A stretch of 64,000 nt of DNA from assembly GCA_963778655.1 (NCBI GenBank), contig CAVZVA010000011.1, forward strand, positions 128,001-192,000. Reading direction: 5' to 3'. Of the stretch, positions 53,163 through 63,071 are shown piece after piece. How positions within the stretch are numbered: the first letter of the stretch is position 1; every line of letters begins with the position of its first letter. The notes under the pieces are model-generated. The model did not search any database, was not told the DNA's origin, and was given only the letters and a program-made list of their open reading frames with translations. The stretch is from an uncultured delta proteobacterium. GTDB lineage: Bacteria > Myxococcota_A > Polyangia > Polyangiales > JAFGIB01. The position numbers and the translations under genes are program-made.

Positions 53163-54521
53163 ATGGACAAGAGCGAGCTGAAGGAAGCGTTCGAGCAGCG
53201 CGGCATCCGGCGGGTCAAAGTGGGCGGCTTCGACCTCGACGGCGTGCTGCGCGGCAAGTACATCTCCGCCGACAAGCTGTGGTCGGCGCTCGACAAGGGC
53301 TTCGGCTTTTGCGACGTGATCTTCGGCTGGGACGTGAGCGACGTGCTGTACGACAACGCCAAGCTCACCGGCTGGCACACCGGCTACCCGGACACGCTCG
53401 CGAAGATCGACCTCTCGAGCTTCCGCGTGCTGCCCTCGGAGCCGGGCACCGCGCACCTGCTGTGCGACTTCTGGCAGGACACGGCGACGCCGCACCCTGC
53501 CTGCCCGCGCAACCTGCTCAAGACCGTCACCGCGCGCGCGCGCGCCGCCGGGTACGCCCCGCACTTCTCGGCCGAGTTCGAGTTCTGGCTCTTCCGCGAG
53601 TCGCCGCAGAGCCTGCACGAAAAGGGCTTCGCTGGGCTCGCGCCGCTCAGCCCGGGCATGTTCGGCTACTCCTGGGTGCGCGAGGGCCAGAACGCGGACC
53701 TGATCGAGGACGTGCTCGAGCAGATGGACGGCTACGGCATCGAGATCGAAGGCCTGCACACCGAGACCGGGCCCGGGGTGTACGAGGCGGCCATCCGCCA
53801 CACCGATCCGGTGCGCGCCGCGGACATGGCGGCGTTGTTCAAAGCCACGATGAAGATCCTGTGCGCGCGTCACGGCTGCAGCGTGACCTTCATGGCCAAG
53901 TGGAACCCGAGCCTGCCCGGCTCGAGCGGCCACATCCACCAGAGCCTGTTCGACGCCGCCGACGAGAACAACCTGTTCGCCGATCCCAAGGCGGAGCACG
54001 GCCTGAGCCAGCTCGGGCTGCGCTACCTCGCGGGCCTGGTCACGCTCTCGCCCGACCTGACGGCGATCTTTTCCCCCACCATCAACAGCTACAAGCGCTA
54101 CGTGCCCGGCATGTGGGCCCCGCTGAGCGCCTCGTGGGACGTCGAGAACCGCACCTGCTCGGTGCGCGTGATCAACGGGCCGGGCGCTTCCGCGACCCGG
54201 CTCGAGCTGCGCCAGACCGCGGCCGACATCAATCCCTACCTGGCGATGGCTGCCGCGCTCGCCGCCGGCTTGCACGGAATCGAGCGCGGGCTTGTGCCTC
54301 CGCCGCCGAGCCGCGGCGACGCCACCGCCGCCGTGCAGGCGCTGCGCTTCCCACAGAGCCTGGGCGCCGCCGCCGAGCTGCTGGCCAAGAGCGAGGCCGC
54401 TCGCCAGGTGTTGCCGGAGGCCTTCATCGATCACTACGTGCGCACCCGCGACTGGGAAGTCCGCCAACACGCCCGCAGCGTCAGCCAGTGGGAGCTCGAG
54501 CGCTATTTCGAAGCGATCTGA
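53163..54521 (+). CDS. Glutamine synthetase-family protein (gamma-glutamyl ligase-like)
   Basis: DLDGVLRGK, EFEF, HTETGPGVYE, TFMAK, SSGHIHQS, NSYKR, ENRT, NPYL. Confidence 0.92.
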   Translation: MDKSELKEAFEQRGIRRVKVGGFDLDGVLRGKYISADKLWSALDKGFGFCDVIFGWDVSDVLYDNAKLTGWHTGYPDTLAKIDLSSFRVLPSEPGTAHLLCDFWQDTATPHPACPRNLLKTVTARARAAGYAPHFSAEFEFWLFRESPQSLHEKGFAGLAPLSPGMFGYSWVREGQNADLIEDVLEQMDGYGIEIEGLHTETGPGVYEAAIRHTDPVRAADMAALFKATMKILCARHGCSVTFMAKWNPSLPGSSGHIHQSLFDAADENNLFADPKAEHGLSQLGLRYLAGLVTLSPDLTAIFSPTINSYKRYVPGMWAPLSASWDVENRTCSVRVINGPGASATRLELRQTAADINPYLAMAAALAAGLHGIERGLVPPPPSRGDATAAVQALRFPQSLGAAAELLAKSEAARQVLPEAFIDHYVRTRDWEVRQHARSVSQWELERYFEAI

Positions 54522-54545
54522 ATCGATCGAGAAAGCAGGTAGGCC

Positions 54546-55697
54546 ATGACGGTGGTGTGGAACTTCCCGACCCGCATCGTGTTCGGCGAGAACGCGGCCC
54601 AGCAGACCGCGCAGGAAGCGCTGCGGCTGCGCGGCAGCCGCGCGCTGATCGTGACCGACCCCGGCGTCGCGGGCGCCGGCCTGGCGGCGCGGATCGAGAA
54701 GGGGCTGCGCGAGCAGAACCTCGAGGCTGAGGTGTTCGACGGGGTCGAGGGCAATCCCACCGACGCGCACGCGCTGGCCGCCACCGAGGCCTACAAGCGC
54801 GCGCAGGCCGACATCGTGGTCGCCGTCGGCGGCGGCAGCGCCATCGATATCGGCAAGCTGGTGCGCCTGTGCGCGACCCACGACGGGCCGCTTTCGCAGT
54901 ACGACGACGCCAAGGGCGGCAGCGCGAAGATCGTCGCACCGCTGCCACCGATGATCGCGCTGCCGACCACCGCCGGCACCGGCAGCGAGGTGGGGCGCAG
55001 CGGCGTGGCGACCATGCGCGAGACCGGCAAGAAGACCATCTTCTTCGCGCCTGCGCTGATCCCGAGCGTGGCGATTCTCGATCCCGTGCTCACCGTCAGC
55101 ATGCCGCCGCCGGTCACCGCGGCGACCGGCTTCGACGCGCTCACCCACTGCGTCGAGTCGTTCTGCACCACCATGGATCACCCGATGGCCGATGCGATCG
55201 CGCTCGAGGGCGTGAAGCTGTGCGCCGCCTTCCTGCTGCGCGCGGCGCGCGAGGGCTCCGATTTGCAAGCGCGCGGCGGCATGCTCAAGGCGGCCTGCTT
55301 CGGCGCGGTGGCGTTCCAGAAGGGGCTCGGCGCGTGCCACTCGCTGGCGCACCCGCTCTCGGCGGAGAACGGCACCCACCACGGGCTGGCCAATGCGCTG
55401 TGCCTGCCGGCAGTGCTCGACTTCAATCGCAGCGCGGTGCCGGGCAAGCTGGCGCAAATCGCACGCGCGCTCGGCGTGCGCGCAGAGGATGACGAGACGC
55501 TGGCGTTCGAGTGCGCGGGCGCGGTGCGCGCGCTGCGCCAGAAGCTGGGGCTGCCCGAGAGCCTGCACGCGGCGGGCGTGACCCAAGCCGCGCTGCCGCG
55601 GCTCGCGGAGCTGGCCTTCGAGGACGTGTGCCACCAGGGGAACCCACGCCCCTGCACCCGCGACGACCTGCTCAGCCTGTACCAGAGCGCGTTCTAG
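54546..55697 (+). CDS. Iron-containing alcohol dehydrogenase
   Basis: GGGSAID, PTTAGTGSE, GFDALTHCVE, HSLAH, HHGLAN, GNPR. Confidence 0.95.
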   Translation: MTVVWNFPTRIVFGENAAQQTAQEALRLRGSRALIVTDPGVAGAGLAARIEKGLREQNLEAEVFDGVEGNPTDAHALAATEAYKRAQADIVVAVGGGSAIDIGKLVRLCATHDGPLSQYDDAKGGSAKIVAPLPPMIALPTTAGTGSEVGRSGVATMRETGKKTIFFAPALIPSVAILDPVLTVSMPPPVTAATGFDALTHCVESFCTTMDHPMADAIALEGVKLCAAFLLRAAREGSDLQARGGMLKAACFGAVAFQKGLGACHSLAHPLSAENGTHHGLANALCLPAVLDFNRSAVPGKLAQIARALGVRAEDDETLAFECAGAVRALRQKLGLPESLHAAGVTQAALPRLAELAFEDVCHQGNPRPCTRDDLLSLYQSAF

Positions 55698-55729
55698 TGG
55701 CGGCAGCCAGGAAATCGCTCGTCCGAGGA

Positions 55730-55788
55730 ATCCACAGCAAGGCGGCAAGAAGAAGCCTTGGATCAGTGCTTCCCGCCTTGCCGTGAAT
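55730..55788. repeat. Repeat family A, inverted pair between convergent genes
   Basis: atccacagcaaggcggcaag (55730-55749) and cttcccgccttgccgtgaat (55769-55788). Confidence 0.8.
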
Positions 55789-55801
55789 CTTGTTGATCCC
55801 G

Positions 55802-56266
55802 TTACGGCTTGCGCGAGGGCCGCACGGGCTCGCTGAGCGAGACCACCGCGGCGCGCGTGAGGCTCTCGCGCAGGCGGTCGTCGTGGATGCGGGCGAGCTC
55901 GCGCGCGAGATCCTCGGGCAGATCGCGTAGCGGCAGCAGGCGTGGCTTGGGCCCCCTTGGCTCGATCGGCTCGGGCAGCTCCGGCAACTTGCCCACGCGA
56001 AACGCGATGCGCTGCACGGGCACGTCGGGCAGGCGCGCGCGCAACCGCGCCAGGATCTGGGCGCCCTCGAAGCTCAGGGCGTTGGCCCAGGCGTTGGTGG
56101 CGGTGTACACGGTCAGCACGCCGTTGCGGTAGGCCACCGGCCGGGCGTTGTCGAGAATGCGCCGCGAGACGACCTTGGACCAGCAGCCGAGCAGTCGCAT
56201 CGCGCGCGCCTCGTCGGGCTGCTGTGAGGGATAGACCTTGCCCACCAGCTCGCCCAGGGCCTGCAT
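55802..56266 (-). CDS. DUF721/DciA-family protein
   Basis: WSKVVSRRI..NARP...GVLTV....AWANAL is the DUF721 pattern. Confidence 0.75.
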   Translation of the reverse strand: MQALGELVGKVYPSQQPDEARAMRLLGCWSKVVSRRILDNARPVAYRNGVLTVYTATNAWANALSFEGAQILARLRARLPDVPVQRIAFRVGKLPELPEPIEPRGPKPRLLPLRDLPEDLARELARIHDDRLRESLTRAAVVSLSEPVRPSRKP

Positions 56267-56371
56267 GCCCTCGCCGCGACCGCGCCGTCTTCTTCCCATG
56301 CAGCCCGAGCGTACCCCCGGGCCTGCCGCCGCGCCATCACACGGGCGCGCCGCCGAGGCGGCGCCTGCGGC

Positions 56372-56549
56372 TCAGCCCGTGCCCGCGTCGTTGTCCGCCG
56401 GCGGGGGCGGCTGCGGTGCGCACACGCTCGTGCCGCCCATGCCGAACAACCCGCCGCGCTGCTCGCAGGTGTAGCCCTCGCGGCACTGGTCGCCCGAGCG
56501 CGACCGTGATCCCGAGCACGAATCCGATCCGTGACGCCCGTGTACCCAT
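56372..56549 (-). pseudogene. Remnant of a Cys-rich exported protein; signal peptide fused out of frame to the C-terminal tail
   Basis: MGTRASRIGFVLGITVALG in one frame, then DQCREGYTCEQRGGLFGMGGTSVCAPQPPPPADNDAGTG* in another; junction near 56493. Confidence 0.55.
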
Positions 56550-56672
56550 GGGCTTGCCTCCCAACTCTCTTACTGGACGGGACGCTACTCAGGCGCCCGG
56601 CGCTGCGAAAGCACCCATCATCTCCAGCCCAGAATCGGGACGCGCACACGCCGGCGCGGCCACACCCGGTCA

Positions 56673-57470
56673 TCAACGGGCGCAGGCAGCGCGCAGCGCG
56701 CTGACCAGCGCGCGCACGCCTGCAACCGCCTGCTCGGCGCCGGCACCGGCGCGCTCGATCTCGCTGCACACGGCGCTGCCGACCACCACGCCGTCCACCT
56801 GCGGAGCCAGCACGCGGGCGTCCTCGGGCGTCTTGACGCCGAAGCCCACCGCCACCGGCAAGCCCGTGCGCGCGCGCAGCTCGGCCGCCCGCCGCGCCGC
56901 CGCCGCGAGATCCGCGGCCGCGCCGGTCACCCCCGTCAACGACACGTAGTACAGGAATGCGCCGGCCGTGCGCGCGATCAGGTCCACGCGCGCGTCCGGC
57001 GTGGTCGGCGCCACCAGCGGCACGAAATCGAGCTGATGCGCGTGCAGCGCGGCCAGCAGCGAGCCGGCCTCTTCCGGCGGCAGGTCGACCACCAGCATGC
57101 CGTCGATGCCGGCCTGCGCGGCGGCGGCCGCCACGCGCTCCTCGCCGAAGGCCAGCAGTGGATTGTAGTAACCGAACAGCACGATGCCGGCGTCGGTGTG
57201 CGCGCGCACCTGCCGCACCGCGTCGAACACGCCCGCGAGCGTGGTGTGCGAGCGCAGCGCACGCTCGCTCGCTCGCTGGATCACCGGACCGTCGGCGGTC
57301 GGATCGCTGAACGGCATCCCCACCTCGATCACGTCCGCGCCCGCCTCGGCCGCCGCCCGCATCAGGCGCACCGTGGTCGCCAGATCGGGATCGCCCGCGC
57401 ACAGGTAGATCACCAGCGCTGCGCGCTGCTCGCGCCGCGCCCGGGCGAAGGCCGCCTCGAGCCTGCCCAT
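56673..57470 (-). CDS. trpA: Tryptophan synthase alpha chain
   Basis: EVGMPFSDPTADGPVIQ, YYNP, VDLPPEE, YYVSLTGVTG, VGFGV, DGVVVGS. Confidence 0.97.
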   Translation of the reverse strand: MGRLEAAFARARREQRAALVIYLCAGDPDLATTVRLMRAAAEAGADVIEVGMPFSDPTADGPVIQRASERALRSHTTLAGVFDAVRQVRAHTDAGIVLFGYYNPLLAFGEERVAAAAAQAGIDGMLVVDLPPEEAGSLLAALHAHQLDFVPLVAPTTPDARVDLIARTAGAFLYYVSLTGVTGAAADLAAAARRAAELRARTGLPVAVGFGVKTPEDARVLAPQVDGVVVGSAVCSEIERAGAGAEQAVAGVRALVSALRAACAR

Positions 57471-58672
57471 CAGCGGCCCTCCTCCTCGGCGTCGAAGCGA
57501 TCGAGCACCGTCTGCAGGTCTTTGTCGCCGCGACCGGAAAGGCACACGACCACATGCTTGCTCGGATCGAGCTGCCCGGAGAGCCGCGTCAGGTACGCCA
57601 GCGCGTGGCTGCTCTCGAGCGCGGGGATGATGCCCTCGAGCCGGCACAGCGTGCGGAAGGCGTCGAGCGCCTCGCGATCGGTGACGGAGTGGTACTCGGC
57701 GCGGCCGCTGTCCTTGAGCCAGGCGTGCTCGGGGCCGACCGAGGGGTAGTCGAGGCCGGCGCTGATCGAGTGGGTCTCCTTGATCTGTCCGCCCTCGTCC
57801 TGCAGCACGTAGCTGCGCATGCCGTGCAGCACGCCGTGGCTGCCCTGACCCAGCGTGGCGGCGTGGCGGCCGCTCTCGATGCCCTCCCCGGCCGCCTCCA
57901 CGCCGATCAGGCGCACCTGCTCGTGCGGGATGAACTCCGCGAAGCTGCCGAGCGCGTTGGAGCCGCCGCCCACGCAGGCCAGCACCACGTCCGGCAGCCG
58001 GCCGGTCTTCTCCAGGATCTGGCGCTTGGCCTCCACGCTGATCACGCGCTGAAACTCGCGCACGATCGCCGGATAGGGGTGCGGCCCCGCCACCGTGCCC
58101 ACGCAGTAATAGGTGCTCGCGACGTGCGTGACCCAGTCGCGCATGGCCTCGTTCATCGCGTCCTTGAGCGTGCGGCTGCCGGATTGCACCGCAGTCACCT
58201 TGGCCCCGAGCAGGTGCATGCGGCGCACGTTGGGCGCCTGGCGCCGCACGTCCTCGGCACCCATGAACACCTCGCACTGCAGCCCGAGCAGCGCCGCGCC
58301 GGTGGCGCTGGCCACGCCGTGCTGGCCGGCGCCGGTCTCCGCGATCACGCGCGGCTTGCCCATGCGCTTGGCCAGCAGGATCTGGCCGAGCACGTTGTTC
58401 ATCTTGTGCGCGCCGGTGTGGCACAGATCCTCGCGCTTGAGCCAAACCGAGAAGCCGACGCGCTCCGAGAGCCGCTCGGCAAAGTACAGCGGCGTCGGCC
58501 GCCCGACGTAGTCGGCCAGCAGCATGCGCCTGCGCGCCTCGAAGCTCGGATCGGCCAGCGCCCGGCGAAACGCCTGCTCCAGCTCCTCGAGCGCCGGCAT
58601 CAAGGTCTCGGCGACGTAGCGGCCGCCGAATGGTCCGTAGTTGGCTGCGAGCTTGGCGGGCGTTTCGGGCAT
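57470..58672 (-). CDS. trpB: Tryptophan synthase beta chain
   Basis: [53 protein letters not shown]. Confidence 0.98.
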   Translation of the reverse strand: MPETPAKLAANYGPFGGRYVAETLMPALEELEQAFRRALADPSFEARRRMLLADYVGRPTPLYFAERLSERVGFSVWLKREDLCHTGAHKMNNVLGQILLAKRMGKPRVIAETGAGQHGVASATGAALLGLQCEVFMGAEDVRRQAPNVRRMHLLGAKVTAVQSGSRTLKDAMNEAMRDWVTHVASTYYCVGTVAGPHPYPAIVREFQRVISVEAKRQILEKTGRLPDVVLACVGGGSNALGSFAEFIPHEQVRLIGVEAAGEGIESGRHAATLGQGSHGVLHGMRSYVLQDEGGQIKETHSISAGLDYPSVGPEHAWLKDSGRAEYHSVTDREALDAFRTLCRLEGIIPALESSHALAYLTRLSGQLDPSKHVVVCLSGRGDKDLQTVLDRFDAEEEGR

Positions 58673-58702
58673 CGGGTGCGGACTCGCGTGCGACTTTGGA
58701 GC

Positions 58703-58730
58703 TTCAACAGGAGGGCGGCAAGACGGGAAG
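58703..58730 (+). repeat. Dispersed repeat family A copy between trpF and trpB
   Basis: ttcaacaggagggcggcaagacgggaag. Confidence 0.7.
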
Positions 58731-58763
58731 GAAACCAAGGTTACGAAAGGCGGGCATTGAAGG

Positions 58764-59390
58764 CTACTCGGCGGCGCTTGGCAAGCCCTTGGCCGCGGCG
58801 ATGAAGGCCCGCACGCGCGCCGCGTCCTTGCTGCCGGGGGCGCTCTCGACGCCGCTGGCCACGTCCACGCAGAAGGGCTGAACGCAGGCCACCGCCTGCG
58901 CCACGTTGTCCGGATCGAGGCCGCCGGCCAGCGTGACGCGGCGCTCGCGCGCCAGCTCCACCGCCAGCTCCCAGCGAAACGCTCGGCCGGTACCACCGGG
59001 CTGCCCGGGCACGAACGCGTCGAGCAGGATGTGCTCGCCGGCGTAGCGCCGCGCCTGTTGCAGCGAGCCCGCGTCGCGCACCCGAATCGCCTTGAAGGCG
59101 TGCGGCAGCAAGGCCTGCAGCAGCTCGGCCGGCTCGTCGCCGTGCAGCTGTACGCAGGCGATGCCGGTACGCGCCTTGACCTCCGCGATGCGCGCGAGGC
59201 TCGCGTCCACGAACACGCCCACGGTCAGCGCGCGCCCGGCCACCGCCTCGACGATGCGCGCGGCCTCGTCCACGGCCACGCAGCGCGGCGAGCCCGGATG
59301 AAAGTTGAGCCCGATCGCGTCGGCGCCCACGGCCACGCACAGCTCCGCGTCCGCAACACGCGTGACCCCGCAGATCTTGACCGCCGTCAT
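58764..59390 (-). CDS. trpF: Phosphoribosylanthranilate isomerase
   Basis: [36 protein letters not shown]. Confidence 0.96.
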   Translation of the reverse strand: MTAVKICGVTRVADAELCVAVGADAIGLNFHPGSPRCVAVDEAARIVEAVAGRALTVGVFVDASLARIAEVKARTGIACVQLHGDEPAELLQALLPHAFKAIRVRDAGSLQQARRYAGEHILLDAFVPGQPGGTGRAFRWELAVELARERRVTLAGGLDPDNVAQAVACVQPFCVDVASGVESAPGSKDAARVRAFIAAAKGLPSAAE

Positions 59391-59734
59391 CCGCGAACGG
59401 TAGCGGGCGGGCAATTGTGGGGCAAGGTGACGGCCCGGCGAGGCTTGCGGCGCATTGCGTTGTTGAAGTCGAGGGCGACTCTGGGGCAAGGTCGACGGGT
59501 CTGGTGCTGCTGGGCGCTCGCGGGGGACCGGGCGGGGCCTTTTGCGCGTGCCAAGCGACAGCGGGCAAAGCCACGCTTGGCGCGCGCAAAAAGGGCGGTT
59601 TGCGCGGCGTAGGGAGCGATCCTGGATACGGGGCCGCCGCGCATTGCAAGCCGCCCGTGCCCCCGCCCGGCCCCCCGACCCCGCGCGGCCGCCCAGGAGC
59701 ACAGGCCGAGGAGGCGCTTGCTCGCGGCCGCCCC

Positions 59735-60112
59735 CTATTCGATCGCGAGCAGCTCCTTGACCTTGGCGATCACCAGCGGCGCCTGGATCGGCTTGGTGAT
59801 GTAGCCGGTCGCGCCCAGCGCCAGTGCGCGGCTGCGGTCCTCGTCCGAGCCCTCGGTGCTGATCACCAGGATCGGCACGTGCTTGTGCTTCTCGTCCATG
59901 CGCACGCGGCGGATCAGCTTGAGCCCGTCCATCACCGGCATGTTGATGTCGGTGATGACCAGGTCGAAGCGCTCCTTGGTCAGCTTCTGCAGGCCCACGA
60001 TGCCGTCGTCGGCCTCGGTCACCTGCAGGCTCTTGATGCGCGAGAGCGCGTGCACGATGAGCTGCCGCATCATCGGCGAATCCTCGACCACCAGGCATGC
60101 GAACTCAGTCAT
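59735..60112 (-). CDS. cheY: CheY-like response regulator
   Basis: VVEDS, TDINMPVMDG, IST, YITKP; last gene of the che cluster. Confidence 0.85.
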   Translation of the reverse strand: MTEFACLVVEDSPMMRQLIVHALSRIKSLQVTEADDGIVGLQKLTKERFDLVITDINMPVMDGLKLIRRVRMDEKHKHVPILVISTEGSDEDRSRALALGATGYITKPIQAPLVIAKVKELLAIE

Positions 60113-60124
60113 CGCTTGTCCACC

Positions 60125-61189
60125 CTACGATGACACGAGCTGGCGCACTCGCGCTACGAGCTCGTGCAGCGGCAGCACCTCGTCCACACAACCAGTCTGG
60201 ACCGCGGCCTTGGGCATGCCGTAGACCACCGCGGTATGCTCGGCTTCGCACAGCACGCGCCCTCCTGCTTGCTTGATCTCGACCACCCCTTTGGCCGCGT
60301 CGTCCCCCATGCCGGTCAGCACCACCGCCACCGCCCGCTCGCCCATCGCCCGCGCGACGCTGCCGAACAGCCGATCGGCCGAAGGCGCGTAGCGATCGGC
60401 GGGCGAGGGCCGCACCACGCGTGCGAACAGGCGCTCGCCGCGCCGCTCGAGCTCCAGGCAGCGCCCGCCGGGGCAGACCAGCGCGCTGTGCGGGTACAGC
60501 TCGAACTGCTGCTCGGCCTCGCGCACGTGAAACGTGCTCTGCTTGTCCAGGCGTTCGGCAAAGGTGCGGGTAAAGCGCTCGGGCATGTGCTGGGCCACGA
60601 CGATCGCGCCCGTGCCGGTCGGAGGCAAGGCCGAAAACAGCTCCATCAGCGCGCTCGGGCCGCCGGTCGAGGCCGCGATCGCCAGCACGCGGCTGGGCAG
60701 ACCCGGGCTCGGCGCCAGAGCGGGCTGGGACGCATCCGCCGTGATCGGCCGCGAGACGTTGCGGCGGGGCGTGACGCCGGAGCGCGAGAGCTGCTTGACC
60801 ACGTCGATCATGCGGTCGAGCTGGAGCTTGAGCTGCTGCGCGCCGCTGGAATCGCGCTCCACGCTCTCGTCGGGCTTGGCGATGAAGTCGATCGCGCCCA
60901 GCTCGAGCGCGCGAAACACCTTGTCCTTGGCCGAGTGGCTCGAGATCACGATCACCGGCGTCGGCCGGCTGGCCATCAGCAACCTCAGAAAGGTGAAGCC
61001 GTCCATGCGCGGCATCTCGAGGTCGAGCGTGATCAGATCGGGCTCGAGCTCGGCCGAGAGCCGCAGCGCCTGCTCGCCATCGACCGCGGTGCCCACCACC
61101 TCGACTCCGGCAGTCGCACGCAGCAGGTCGCCGAGCGTACGCCGGTTCAGCGCCGAATCATCGACCACCAGCACGCGCAAGCTCCTCAT
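60125..61189 (-). CDS. cheB: Chemotaxis methylesterase CheB
   Basis: REC domain plus ASTGGP, QHMP, LTGMGDD, VVYGMP. Confidence 0.96.
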   Translation of the reverse strand: MRSLRVLVVDDSALNRRTLGDLLRATAGVEVVGTAVDGEQALRLSAELEPDLITLDLEMPRMDGFTFLRLLMASRPTPVIVISSHSAKDKVFRALELGAIDFIAKPDESVERDSSGAQQLKLQLDRMIDVVKQLSRSGVTPRRNVSRPITADASQPALAPSPGLPSRVLAIAASTGGPSALMELFSALPPTGTGAIVVAQHMPERFTRTFAERLDKQSTFHVREAEQQFELYPHSALVCPGGRCLELERRGERLFARVVRPSPADRYAPSADRLFGSVARAMGERAVAVVLTGMGDDAAKGVVEIKQAGGRVLCEAEHTAVVYGMPKAAVQTGCVDEVLPLHELVARVRQLVSS

Positions 61190-62061
61190 CGAGACCTCGG
61201 CAACATCACGAATGTGCGCTGCGGCTTGCGGTACACCAGCTCGCCGCCGAGCTGGACCGGCTCGAAGGCGGTATCGGTGCGGAACAGGGACTCACTGTGG
61301 CCGAGCATCAGGAAGCCGCCCGGCTGTAACCGATCGTAGAACATCGCGATCACCTTGCGCCTCGCGGCGTCGTCGAAGTAGATCAGCACGTTGCGGCAGA
61401 AGATCGCGTCCACGTGCCCCATCATCGCCGTGCGCGAGGCGTCGAGCAGGTTGAGCTGACCGAAACGGCACATCGCCCGGATCGCCGGCTCGACCTCGCG
61501 GCCCTCCGAGGTCTCGATGAAGTGCCGGTCGTAGTCGCTCGGCATCGAGCGGAAGCTGGCACTGCGGTACACGCCCTTGCGGGCAATCTGCAGCACGCGG
61601 CGGCTGATGTCGCTGCCGAACACCCGCCGCGACAGGTCGGCGAACGACGCGACACGCGCCAGCAGGATCGCGAGGGTGTAGACCTCCTCGCCGCTGGAGC
61701 AGCCCGCGCTCCAGACCGTGAGGCTGCGCCGCTGGCGGCACGACGCCAGCAGCTCGGGCAGCACTTGCTGCTCGAACACGCGCAGCTGCGATTGCTCGCG
61801 AAAGAAGTAGGTCTCGTTGGTCGCGACCAGCTCCGCGGCGCGCTCGATCTCGGCCGGGCCGCGCTCGTCAGCGCGCAGATAGGCCGCATATTGCCCGAAG
61901 CTCTCCAGGCCCAGGGCCTCCAGCCGCTCGGCCAAGCGGCGCTCCACCGCATCGCGCGCGTCGTCGCCCAGCTTGAGCCCGCAGAAGCCTCCGATCAGCT
62001 GCCCGATGCGCTGCAGCTCGTCGAGCTGCAGCCGCGGGAGCTGTCTGCGCAGATCGCTCAT
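61186..62061 (-). CDS. cheR: Chemotaxis methyltransferase CheR
   Basis: TNETYFFRE, WSAGCSSGEEVY, IFCRNVLIYF, LGHSE. Confidence 0.96.
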   Translation of the reverse strand: MSDLRRQLPRLQLDELQRIGQLIGGFCGLKLGDDARDAVERRLAERLEALGLESFGQYAAYLRADERGPAEIERAAELVATNETYFFREQSQLRVFEQQVLPELLASCRQRRSLTVWSAGCSSGEEVYTLAILLARVASFADLSRRVFGSDISRRVLQIARKGVYRSASFRSMPSDYDRHFIETSEGREVEPAIRAMCRFGQLNLLDASRTAMMGHVDAIFCRNVLIYFDDAARRKVIAMFYDRLQPGGFLMLGHSESLFRTDTAFEPVQLGGELVYRKPQRTFVMLPRSR

Positions 62062-62558
62062 CCCCGCGCGCTCCCCTGCGCTGCGGGCTCGCCGGGCAAC
62101 GCGATCCGCTCCGCGATCGAGGTCAGCTCGTCGGCATCGAGCACGAACACCAGCTGGTCCCGATAGGCATAGGCGGCCTTCACGCCGCGCGGGCGGGCCG
62201 CATCACCCTCGTCCGAGAGCTCTCGGCGTTGCGACTCGCTCACGCCGAACACGTCGGTCACGCGATCCACCGCGAGGCCAAGCAGGCGTTCGCCGCGGGT
62301 CGCGATGATCCAGCGCACGTCCTTGTCGCGCCCGACCTGCGCCGCGGCAAAGCGCTTGCGCAGGTCGAGGATCGGCACGACGTCGCCCCGGTGGTCGACC
62401 ACACCGATCACACCGTCGGGCAAGTGCGGCAGCGGCAGCACCTGCACCGGGCGCACGATCTCGCGCACGCGGCCGACCTCGAGCCCGTAGCTGATGCCGC
62501 CGACCTCGAAGGTCACCAGATTCTTCCCGGAAATCACGCGCGATCGACGTTGCCTCAT
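62058..62558 (-). CDS. cheW: CheW adaptor
   Basis: VREIV, GVVDHRGDVVPILDLR, GLAVDRV. Confidence 0.9.
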   Translation of the reverse strand: MRQRRSRVISGKNLVTFEVGGISYGLEVGRVREIVRPVQVLPLPHLPDGVIGVVDHRGDVVPILDLRKRFAAAQVGRDKDVRWIIATRGERLLGLAVDRVTDVFGVSESQRRELSDEGDAARPRGVKAAYAYRDQLVFVLDADELTSIAERIALPGEPAAQGSARG

Positions 62559-62567
62559 ACCTGGACG

Positions 62568-63071
62568 TCAGCTCCGCAACAGCGCGCTCGGATCGAGCAG
62601 CAGCAGGATCTCGCCGGCATCGGCGGTGCCGGCCGGCCGCCCGATGCCGAGCAGGTAGGGCGGAGCCTGCGGTCCGAGCACCGAGGCAAGCTCGATCTCC
62701 TCGGGTTGCAGGCGGTGCACCTGCAACACGGAGTCGACCAGAATGCCCAGCACCTCGCCGCCATGGTCGACCAGCAGGACCCGGCTCTTGCCGCCCATCA
62801 ACGGCTGGTCGACCCGCAGCTTGCGCCGCAGATCGATCAGGGTGGTAACCGCGCCGCGCACCGAGATTACCCCCAGCACCTCGTCGGGGCTGCGCGGCAC
62901 CTCGGTGATCACCGGCACGCGTACGATCTCGCGCACGCACGACAGCGGCAGCGCGTAGCGCTCCATACCGAGCTCGAAGGCCAGCAGCTCCCGCACGTGC
63001 CCGCCGCCGTCCGGGGCGAGCGGGGCGCCACCGGTCCGCTGGATGACCGCGCCGCCGCCGGGCTCGCTCAC
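62568..63071 (-). CDS. cheW: CheW adaptor (second copy)
   Basis: VREIVR..ITEVP, LGVISVRG, LIDLR, GILVDSV; GTGA overlap with cheA. Confidence 0.9.
   Translation of the reverse strand: MSEPGGGAVIQRTGGAPLAPDGGGHVRELLAFELGMERYALPLSCVREIVRVPVITEVPRSPDEVLGVISVRGAVTTLIDLRRKLRVDQPLMGGKSRVLLVDHGGEVLGILVDSVLQVHRLQPEEIELASVLGPQAPPYLLGIGRPAGTADAGEILLLLDPSALLRS

Noticed and set aside
59391..59734. trp attenuator or leader peptide upstream of trpF
   Set aside because: No Trp-rich short ORF or U-tailed terminator seen on the minus strand
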